Assembly (NCBI GenBank): GCA_964016885.1
Contig: OZ024740.1
Coordinates: 29,388,001-29,452,000 of the forward strand
Length of the DNA: 64,000 nt
Direction of reading: 5' to 3'
From: Eledone cirrhosa
Taxonomy: Eukaryota
Each line of letters starts with the position of its first letter. Position 1 is the stretch's first letter. Positions 54,121 to 64,000 of the stretch are shown here, in pieces. A program made the position numbers and the translations under genes. A model generated the notes under the pieces. That model was not told where the DNA came from and ran no database searches. It worked only from the letters and a program-made list of their open reading frames with translations.

Positions 54121-54211
54121 ATATATATAAGATAAACAGAAATAACAACACAATCGGTACATTATATGGAAGGTATATATTAGGTTAACGATTGATATAG
54201 CAGGATGAGGG

Positions 54212-54247
54212 TCTTAACGTTTCGGACGCTAGTCCTTCATCAGAAGA
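54212..54247 (-). ncRNA. minimal type I hammerhead with loopless palindromic stem III (dimer type)
   Basis: UCUU CUGAUGA A GGAC UAGC GUCC GAAA CGUU/AAGA. Confidence 0.85.
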
Positions 54248-54651
54248 AAGAATGAGAAATAAGATAGATTGAGGGGACGGGCGTGATGGATTTGGAAAAC
54301 ATGTTAGTAGTTAAAAATAACAGGTCCATTCATGTTGACATCTCTTGCAAAACTGTTGGTGCTAGCGTTTTGTGTATGATTTATTTTTTAGAAAAGTGGA
54401 TGACGGCAGGCGTCTACCTGAAATGGAAAAAAAAACGTTTTGTAAAAAGAGATATATTTGTGCACACAATATGTATAAATCGAAGTTGTAGCCGCAGTAT
54501 AGCAGGTACTAATCGAATTGTTTGAGGAAGTACACAGCAGCACTCAATGGTTTAGAAAGTTAATACATTTTCATCCAGAGTAAGTGATATATGTGACCAT
54601 AGTTAATACCACAATATCGATATATACAAACAGGTCCAACTATATATAGAG

Positions 54652-54984
54652 AGTGTATCCCCGGCATTCGCGGACCCGACATTCGTTATTCCGGTTATTC
54701 GCTAAATTTTCCTTAGAACATAACTAATAATTGTTGGTGGAAACCACTTTATTCGCGGAATCGTAAGTATCTTGTTATTTTTTCATCGCTTTTTTCGTGG
54801 TAATATATATTTTTTTAGCGCTTTTTCACGCTAAATTATTAATAACACGATACCGTATTTGCCGGCTTATATTTTACCTTTTGACGTTTATAGGCATGTT
54901 TATGGACCACGTACAATATTCGCTGTTTTTCACTGTTCGCGGGTGCTTTAGGAACGTAACCCCCGCAAATAGCGGGGGAAAACT
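54652..54984. mobile_element. pogo/Tigger-like MITE
   Basis: Imperfect TIRs AGTGTATCCCCGGCATTCGCGG / CCGCAAATAGCGGGGGAAAACT near TA. Confidence 0.55.
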
Positions 54985-55067
54985 ATATATATCCCACTCT
55001 CAAGCGTGAAACTAAAAACATACCATTTGTACTGCCTCTCTGTTTTTTGTTCTTTGTACATTTATTC

Positions 55068-55156
<89 letters not shown>

Positions 55157-55350
55157 TATTTGGGTTTGTTGGTTGACCACTGGATAGAACTGGTCATTCT
55201 GTGTGGTCAGCCACGATGTAATGTTATGGAAAGCACTCAACGTAATGCAACCACCCGTCTTCGTTTGTGTAGTTGGTGGTGCGAGTACGGAGTTGATTAT
55301 TACAAAATAATAGGAGGCATGTTCTGGTGTAAATCCTTGAAAGGTTTATT

Positions 55351-55408
55351 TTACTATGATCATTTCAATGACCGGGTTCAGTATGAATCCCGTGACATCA
55401 TCAGGTAA
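55351..55408 (-). ncRNA. type I hammerhead ribozyme in island 55158-55430
   Basis: UUAC CUGAUGA UGUCACGGGAUUCA UAC UGAACCCGGUCAUU GAAA UGAUCA UA/GUAA AAUAAA; tail homologous to 45457-45582 (+). Confidence 0.85.
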
Positions 55409-55435
55409 TTCAAAATATTTTGAATATATATTTTG

Positions 55436-55469
<34 letters not shown>

Positions 55470-55505
55470 GTTTACATATATATATATATAAAGTCATAGA
55501 TATAT

Positions 55506-56461
55506 ATGTGTTTTGCAACAGGTCACCTTGTGGCTCAATGAAGAATTAATAAATTAAATAATCAGAGCTATATATCATAAAACATGTTTATAGAATCACC
55601 AGATAGAATATATACCGTTTCCTCTCCCAATTAGCATAATTAACTATATAAAAAATCAATTAGACCAAGCTATAAGAATAAAGGCTCCTATGAAGAAATC
55701 TCCGACAAATAACCGAAAGCAGCCCCTTCGCGGCGGTTGCGACGGATCATTTATCGAACATTTCGACAGTATGTATAAATCGACCAGATATACAGTCAAC
55801 TAAACAGAATTAGGTGTAAAATAAACTAGACGAAAAGTGTACATATTTAATTACCTCTACCATGGTTTCGTCCGCATTTTAAGACATCCTATAACATTGG
55901 ATATCTAGAGCTTCGGATTCTTCAGGAGTTAGCTCAAATTTAGACAATATATTTTCCAAAGTGATCGCGCCAAGAATACATTCAAAAATGGCTAAGAATC
56001 GTTACGTGGCAGCGGTCAAGTTAGAAAGGATGTGATTAGTTGCTTACGGCTGGTAGGCTTATTGCTAGAAAGCGCAGCCCAATACAGCCAAAATTGTATC
56101 TCAACCTGACGGGAGATTATTACATATATATATATATATGTGTGTGTGTGTGTTTTGCAACGGGTCACTTTGTGGCTCAATGATGAATTAATAAATTAAA
56201 TAATCAGAGCTATATATCATAAAACATGTCTATAGAATCACCAGATAGAATATATACCGTTTCCTCTCCCAATTAGCATAATTAACCATATAAAAAATCA
56301 ATTAGACCAAGCTATAAGAATAAAGGCTCCTATAAAGAAATCTCCGACAAATAATCGAAAGCAGCCCCTTCGCGGCGGTTGCGACGGGGCTGCTTTCGGT
56401 TATGCTAATTGGGAGAAGAAACGGTATATATTTTATCTGGTGATTCTATAGACATGTTTTA

Positions 56462-56465
<4 letters not shown>
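55506..56465. mobile_element. retrozyme/pLTR-like element, ~640-bp monomer, 1.35 copies plus a short inverted arm
   Basis: TTTTGCAAC at 55511 and 56153; inversion at ~56386; TA-flanked. Confidence 0.8.
55852..55931 (-). ncRNA. type I hammerhead ribozyme
   Basis: UAACUC CUGAAGA AUCCG...CGGAC GAAA CCAUGG UA/GAGGUA. Confidence 0.82.
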
Positions 56466-56546
<81 letters not shown>

Positions 56547-56607
56547 AACAATTCACGATCCCAACGGCTGAACTTCTGCCGTTTCAACAGCTACATCCGA
56601 ACAATAC

Positions 56608-56638
<31 letters not shown>

Positions 56639-57132
56639 TGTGTTGTCACAACACATTTTTAAGAGAGGGAAACTCTGAAAAAAAAACCTGCAGCTGCGGA
56701 AGCATCCGATGATGTTGACTAGTTCTCCTTTTCGGGTAGTGTTTGCGATGTTCAGAGAGTGGGATTGGTCGAATGCAAGGCCTTTCCCCACTTAAAAAAC
56801 CTTCAAATCACAGGCATTGCTTGTTCAGTGTCTGTTACAGGTTCATGTGGCTGGCCGTAGCCTAAAAGTACACCAAACTCTATAACCTGACAAGCGATTG
56901 CAGTACTCTTAACAGAGTTTGCAGCCATTATGTATGTATGATGTATGTATGCCAACTCTGTGCAAGACATTTTAGATCATTGGCTGCGCTAAAAAGCCAC
57001 ATTCGATCGCAGCACTGTTGATTGTTATCGTGTGTGTGTGTGTATGTGTATGTGTATATGTATATATAGATATGTATATATGTGTGTGTGTGTGTGTATA
57101 TATATATTTTTTTTATTATTATCATTATTAAT

Positions 57133-58730
57133 GATGGCACCTTATTGAAGGAATATGAAAGGTTGACAGGAGCCAAACTTAACCCGGAAAAGTCGGTGGG
57201 CTTGCAACTCGGAACCTGGAGAGGCAAGCCCATGCTGTCCAACAGCGTCGTGGGGCGCTGGACGGACGGACCGGTAAAGTTGCTCGGGGTTTGGTTAGGA
57301 CCAGACCTCCAGGTGGAAAAGAATTGGGACGAGGTAACGAGCAGAGTAGCCAGTCTCACCCAAAAATGGGCTGGGAAGAAGCTATCACTGAAAGGTCGCG
57401 CGGAGGTGGCGAATGTGTACATCGCGCCCGTCATCTACTACCACCTGACCGTCGTGCCTTGCCCCCCGTCCGCGCCTCGTCAAGTTGGAACGGCTCCTCT
57501 TTAAATTCTTGTGGAGGGGACAAGTTCCGTTGGTGAGGCGGTCCATCTGCTGCCAGGACCCTCTACGCGGAGGGCTGGGCATTCCGTGGCTAATGATGCG
57601 CAGACATGCGTTGAGGCTGCGACATCTCCAGATATTCTGCCTAAACGGTGAACAGGTGTGGTCGCCTTTTATCAGACAGGCTTTTCCGCAGCTCATTTCT
57701 TTGACTGAGCTGCAGTCAAAGCTGGGTCAAGAAGAGACCGAGAGTGGGTGACTGGCACCTGGAATGTTGCCAGGCACTCACTGCCCTCTACCAAGAGGGC
57801 AATGCGATCAGTGGAACTTCCACTCTCGAGTTCTATAGAGGATTAGTGGTGGGAAAGTGCGATGACGCACTCGGAGAAACTTTGGGCCTCGACGAAGTCG
57901 AACTGACCAGTCTGTACCGGAGGACTTTTGAGCCGGGGACGATGGACAATTTCCAGAAATCCATCGCTTGGCAGTGCTACCGGTTCGGGATAAACTCTAC
58001 AGGCACGGAAGTGCTGTCAGACGGACGTGCCCAAGATGCGCACAGAACGACGAAACCGTTCTGCACGCACTTGTCCAGTGTCCGTGCATTACTGACTTGT
58101 GGAATTATGTCGAACAGCTGCTGTCGCGTGTGGAGCGAATCCGGCTATCGGCTGAGTCCATAGTGAAGATCGACCCACAGCCTTCCTTAGGTCAGGAAGA
58201 GCAGGAAATTTTCCACTGTCTCGTGGCAGTTGCCAAAGAGGTTATATGGTGGACCAGATTAAAAGGACTGAAGACAGACACTTTTCTCTTCGGCCAATTC
58301 CTCATCAACTTCTTCATGTTTCACCTGGAAAGGAAGGTGAGGGTGGAGAGAGAGGTGGTGCCCCCCCCCCCCACACACATTTGCTAAAAGGTGGATGAAT
58401 GTCGCGATAATGGCACGTGTGAATGGGCCTACTCTGACCATGTGCCTATAGGCTAGCTAACTTGAGGAGAGGGGTGCTCTCCCTGGGTGCCCTAGAAGCG
58501 CAGGGTGGTTCAGGATTGGTGGGGTACCCGAGTCACCCCAGGGTCGTCCACCCCATATCGGGGAATTTATTTTGTTATATTTATGCATAGTTTATTTTAT
58601 ATTTTTATATCTTCATTGTTAAATTAGTCTTGCCATTGTGAACTTTTACTCAACCTTATTGTAAACCCCCACTGTCCTTGTCTTTGTATTGTCCCCTACA
58701 TGTCGGTCCTTGTGGCTAATAAATGAAATC
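57133..58730 (+). mobile_element. Tx1/L1-clade non-LTR retrotransposon, 5'-truncated, frameshifted
   Basis: YERLTGAKLNPEKS, VKLLGVW, LSLKGRAEVAN, GGLGIP, zinc knuckle CPRC..ETVLHALVQC; 3' end CCTTGTGGCTAATAAATGAAA. Confidence 0.88.
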
Positions 58731-58749
58731 ATTATTATCATTATTAATA

Positions 58750-58940
58750 AGGGCGGTGGATTGGCAGTATCTGTAGAGGGTCAGACACCATGTTTTGAGA
58801 CATAGAGTTACGGGCCTTGCCATTCTGAGTTCAAATCCCACCGAGGTTAACTTAGCCTTTCGTCCTTACAGGACGATAAAATAAAGTACCAGTAATGTAC
58901 TGGGATAATTACTAGCCTTGTGCCAAAAGTAGAAACAATT
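58750..58940 (+). mobile_element. SINE family 1, full length
   Basis: GGGCGGTGGATTGGCAG...AAAAGTAGAAACA(ATT)n. Confidence 0.9.
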
Positions 58941-59843
58941 ATTATTATTATTGTTATTATTATTGTCGTCATGTTTTTTTTTTGTTTTTTTTTGGTGCAA
59001 TGGCCATACTCGATAACGAGGAGGGCAGCCATCATCATCATGTATGTATGTATGTATACAAAAATATATATATTTATATATCCAAACATATATATATCCT
59101 ATGATAAAGAGGAACACAGAGACAAAAGCTGTACAGCTATTCCGGGTAGTAACAAAGACATTTGACAGACGAGTATAGAAGGTTTTAATCTACTTTAGTA
59201 ATGCCTCATAAAGTAGGTTATTTATTAAACGGAACATCTTACTTAACAGACATTTATAATTAATTACAATACTTTGTTAAATAATCACCAGAATGACATC
59301 GACCATCAATCAAACCATTTAATTATGTATATATTGATAAGTGTGTATTTACATATATATATATATATGTGTGTGTGGGGGGGGGGGGGGGGGGGCGTAT
59401 GTGTCTCTGTGCGTGTATACATATATATATATGTATATATATATGCATATATATAGATATGTATATATATGTGTATGAATATATACGTATATATTCTTAT
59501 ATGAGTGTATTTACATACATACATACATACATATATATATATATATATGAATATATATGTATATATATAATTATATATATTATTCGTATGTATATATATG
59601 TCTATATATATATGTGCGTGTGTGTGTGTGTGTGTAATACATATATGCGTAAATATATGTATGTGCTAATACAAACACACACATATATATATATATATAT
59701 ACATACACACACACACGCACATATATATATATATATATTATATATATAAATATATATATATGTATATATATAATATAAATATATGTGTATATATATACAT
59801 ATATACATATACATAGATATATATTCATACATATGTATATATG

Positions 59844-59885
<42 letters not shown>

Positions 59886-60583
59886 CATGTATATATGTAA
59901 CAGTGCGTGCGCGCCTTTACGTGTGTATAAATATATAAATACATACCTATTTGTGTGTGTTTATATATATATACATATATGCGGGGGTATGTGTATGTGT
60001 GTGTAAACATATATACACTAGATATGCTAGCTGGGGTTAGCCGACAGCGCCATTATAAGAGACGGTGCATTGTCACAGCTGGAGCACCATAAAAATTATA
60101 TATGTGATGATGGTGGAGAGAAAGTTATGGAAAGACAAGTGTTGAGAGAAGTGGATTTGGATAGAAGATATTTCACAGATGTGAGTGTTTGTATGTGGAC
60201 ATGTATGAGATGGAGAATGAGATTAATTCAAGTTTCATGGTGACAGTGCCACAGCATGGCCTTGGTTGAGTAAGAGAGTAAGTTAAAAACTAAATAATCA
60301 CCACAGGAAAAAAATATATTTCCCTCGAAAACACCCAAATTTCATACATACAAAGGTTTATGAATTTGTATTCTGGTCCAAAAATGTTCCCCGGGGTCGA
60401 ACTCATCCATATGAATACAAATGTTACATTGTTTTCTTTTGGTTTGTAAAGATGTAAGAAAATATAACTTTCTACAAGCAAAAAAAGTATTAAAGAAAAA
60501 ATGATTAAATAAATTTAATATAGAGGAAGATAAGGGACTTCGAAGGCTGTTATTCAAACTTCACACAACACCTCATTCTCTTA

Positions 60584-60730
60584 ATAATTGTTTCTAATTT
60601 TGACACAAGGCCAGCAATTATGCCAATGTATTACTGGTACTTTATTTTATCGACCCCGTAAGGATGAAAGGCAAAGTTAACCTAGGCGGGATTTGAAGCC
60701 AGGCCATAAAGGGGCGTAACTCTATGCTGA
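60584..60730 (-). mobile_element. SINE family 1, head-truncated
   Basis: Consensus match. Confidence 0.85.
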
Positions 60731-61405
60731 TTCTGTGAATAATGGTTTCGTTCTGTTAATAATGCCACGAGAATTATAAATAGCTGCTAAATTTCTCTCA
60801 AATGATTTAAAGCTGCAATTGAGTAATGTATACTGACATAAGCTATGTCTGAGATGGTGGGATAGACGCGGATGTTACATCTTTGATCTCATGTCTCTTG
60901 GATCAGGTCTAACCTCCTGCTAAGCAACAACAACAACCACAACACTATCAGAATATATTTATAACTTAGGAGGTAAAGAAAAGGCCATCTACATACATTT
61001 ACAATAATAGATAAAGAGCCAGTATTTAGAAATCGAACTACTGTGACCTCCGTCTATCAGAGAAACTTCATATTATACGTCATTTTAGTAGAATCTTAAA
61101 CTAGGGAAATAAATTCATTTCGATCTGCAAGAATTTGGCTAAATGACCTCTTGTGAACATTTGAGGCATGATGAATAGCAATTGGTGTCAAAGAACACAT
61201 GAATACCTGGAGCAGTCCCGAACGCAATTTCAACCATGATAAGTCATGTCTCACACCGCCTCTCACCGCATTGCCCCGCTCCACCACAATTTTGAGGGAT
61301 TCGTACAATCGACCAAAAGAGAGGCATTGAAAGAAAGGTTGGTTCAGATCAGATGATGTGTAATCCTGTTTACAACATATATGACAAATATATATATATA
61401 TATAT

Positions 61406-61994
61406 ATAAACGGAAAAAATGAAACGAAATTTCATTTCTCACTCTTAGTACGGCTGTTACTTAAATATAAGTATGTATACGTACATACATATATGTATAC
61501 AGACGTACAGTAGTATGTATATATATACATACTACTGTACGTCTGTATACATATATGTATGTACGTATACATACTTATATTTAAGTAACAGCCGTACTAA
61601 GAGTGAAAAATGAAATTTCGTTTCATTTTTTCCGTTTATCGTTTTCGGTACCCCGGCCGATTAAACTCACTCGATATGCAAATTAGGCTGCTCAGCCGTT
61701 AATATGCATAAGGAAAGTATATACTTTCAGACGCAGGAAGGTATACGTTGCTGACGATAGCTAATAAGCTTGAAACTAGAACAGCGTTCCTTTGTCAGTG
61801 TTGAACAAATGAGCAACGATGGTTGCTAGACACTATACGGTTTAATTCGGGATGTTTGTTTACAAACACACCGAGCATTATAATAAATGTTCGGTGAATC
61901 CATATGTACATATATATATATGTGTGCATGTATGTATATATATATATACATACTACTGTACGTCTGTATACATATATGTATGTACGTATACATA

Positions 61995-62000
<6 letters not shown>
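61406..62000. mobile_element. retrozyme/pLTR-like element, 421-bp monomer with fold-back (palindrome 61406-61639)
   Basis: ACTACTGTACGTCTG at 61531 and 61952; left arm is the reverse complement of 61523-61639. Confidence 0.8.
61745..61787 (+). ncRNA. hammerhead ribozyme with mutated cleavage triplet (GAA)
   Basis: ACGUUG CUGACGA U AGCU AAUA AGCU U GAAA CUAG AA CAGCGU. Confidence 0.75.
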
Positions 62001-62063
<63 letters not shown>

Positions 62064-62064
62064 G

Positions 62065-62096
<32 letters not shown>

Positions 62097-62127
62097 TATA
62101 ATGGCGAGCTGTGTGGTTGCAATTAAG

Positions 62128-62346
62128 TATAATGAAAATAAAAGTTACGGGCGAAAGAGGGTTATATCGTGGCTGTTTACATTTTTTCTCTCCCCCCCCC
62201 TTTTTTTATCCCAATAACTTATTTTAGTTATTGTTCACCCTAGGCTGAGATATCTTGTCTCTAACGCGAAGAATTACCTATGATTCCTAGCAGAAGACTG
62301 ACGATGGATATTACTCTCTTTCGCCCGTAACTTTTATTTTCATTAT
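62128..62346. repeat. inverted repeat, ~40-bp arms, TA-associated
   Basis: TATAATGAAAATAAAAGTTACGGGCGAAAGAG / CTCTTTCGCCCGTAACTTTTATTTTCATTATA. Confidence 0.85.
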
Positions 62347-62359
62347 ATATATATGTATG

Positions 62360-62548
62360 AGGGCGGTGAATTGGCAGTATTGGTTGAGGGTCGGACGCCA
62401 TGCATTCCAGCATAGTTACGTTCCTTTACGATCTGAGTTCAAATCCCGCCGTGTTTGAATTTGCCTTTCATTCTTACGGGGTCGATAAAATAAAGTACCA
62501 GTAATGCACTGGGTAATTGCTGGCCTTGTGCCTAAAGTAGGAACAATT
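62360..62548 (+). mobile_element. SINE family 1, full length
   Basis: Consensus match. Confidence 0.9.
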
Positions 62549-62574
62549 ATATATATATATGTATGTGTCTGTAA

Positions 62575-62825
62575 ATTAAAGGTGGAAAACTGGGAGAGGG
62601 CACTTGCCCTGGTGGTCAGGGTCACTGTGACCTTTTAATGGGCTTTCTCCACGAATGTCCCTCGGAAGTCTCCCCCCTATTGGGGAATTTTTCATTGTTA
62701 TTTTCTTGTTACATCCTCTGTTTTGGTTTTTTACACGCAGAAATGACTATTTGTACCGTCCTGTATTGTCCTGTACTGTCCTTAATGTCTACTTTATGTA
62801 AACCCTTGTGGTTAATAAAGAAAGT
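62575..62825 (+). mobile_element. Tx1-like LINE 3' UTR fragment
   Basis: Ends CCCTTGTGGTTAATAAAGAAA like the two Tx1 copies. Confidence 0.6.
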
Positions 62826-64000
62826 ATTATTGTTCTTTGGGTCTCAGTCATTGATGTTAGTTAACTGGAAAGTTTGTTGAAATGAATATCAAGCTACTAC
62901 CTGCATCCTCAGATATTCAGGACGTATCGGAGGGTTCTTGCTGTTCCCAGCAAGCATGCCTTTTGAAGCGTTCCAAAAAGCGTGGCGGGGCCAATTTCCT
63001 TTAACCATCCCTGGAAACTTTTTGAGATAGTACCTATTGCGCCTATGGCAATCGGGACCACTTTGACTTCATGGCAGTTCCAAATCCTTTTTACGGTATC
63101 AGGTATCGGTTAATTTTCTCCCTCTCCTTCTCTTGCACTCTCGTGTCGAATGGGCAGGCCACATCCACAATCAGGCACGATCTTTTTTCCTTGTCCAAAA
63201 CCACCAGGTCAGGTATATTGTGTTCCAGTTTCTTGTCCGTCTGTATCCTAAAATCCGACAGCCACTTTACCTGATCGTTTTCTATCACCGACTCTGGCTT
63301 ATGCTCATACCACTTCTCAGAATGTGGTACATTGTTTACTTTGCATAGGTGCCAGTGGATCACCCTGCCCATCACATCATGTCTCCAGCCCTTATAGTGA
63401 GTCTGTGCTAGGTGTTTACACTCGGATACAATGTGAGCCACAATCTCCTCTCTCTCTCCACAGATCCTGCACAGTGGGCTAGCCTCCTCCTTGTAAATAT
63501 GGTGTTTCAACCACTTCGTTTTGAGGGCCTGCTCTTGCGCAGCCATTAGCATTCCTTCTGTAGCCTTTTTAAGGTCTCCTCTTTTCAACCAGTTCCATGT
63601 CTGTGGATCTCTGAATTCAGTTTTCTCAAAGAAGGTACTATGAAGGGATTTTTCATGAAGGTTGCTCTTTCTCCTTGTTGTTATTTCCTCCTTGGACATC
63701 CCCTGGTCTATTGTCCTCGCCTTCAGTACAATTCTGAGCATTGGCTCCTTACTATCAGTCACGTATTTGTGTAGGTTGTTTTTCTCCATCTTAAGACAGT
63801 CCTCTATGCTGATAAGACCTCTTCCACCTTCAGATCTCATTAAGTAGAGTCTATCGTTATCACTCCTTTTGTGGAACATGTTGTACATAGTCAATAGCTT
63901 CCTAGTCTTCCTATCAATTTTTTTTGTTCAGCAACATTCCATCTCAGAATTCCCGCACTGTACCTAATAATAGACACAGCTCGGGAATTTACTGCACTTA
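62826..64000 (-). mobile_element. R4/Dong-like non-LTR retrotransposon with restriction-like endonuclease, 3' part, frameshifted
   Basis: RLYLMRSEGGRGL, CRICG..E..AHIVSEC, RHD, PDLVV..IVDVACP in ORF 63091-63894; runs off the right edge. Confidence 0.85.

Noticed and set aside
62296-62310. CTGACGA core inside the 62128-62346 inverted repeat
   Set aside because: No downstream GAAA or stems.

Overview
Gene-free, repeat-dense eukaryotic DNA, most likely a cephalopod such as Octopus (inferred from SINE types and microsatellite load). Bases 1-18392 are a 22-bp satellite with a ~4.3-5.3 kb higher-order repeat. The rest is a mosaic of microsatellites, two tRNA-derived SINE families, Tx1/L1-like and R4/Dong-like LINE remnants, Helentron-like elements and MITEs. 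No intact protein-coding gene is visible. The main signal: the short unique islands between (TA)n tracts carry about 25 type I hammerhead ribozyme motifs (CUGANGA...GAAA...NUH) from at least a dozen sequence families. Several lie in tandem monomers of 293-640 bp with one ribozyme each, resembling Penelope pLTRs or non-LTR retrozymes and possibly circular RNAs. Insertions recurrently show a tail-out inverted architecture whose two arms end at two different fixed sites. Several breakpoints fall in ribozyme stem II or at the cleavage site, and unrelated families share a YTGAGTRC tail motif. Coordinates and folds were read by eye; ends may be off by a few bases and no activity is demonstrated.
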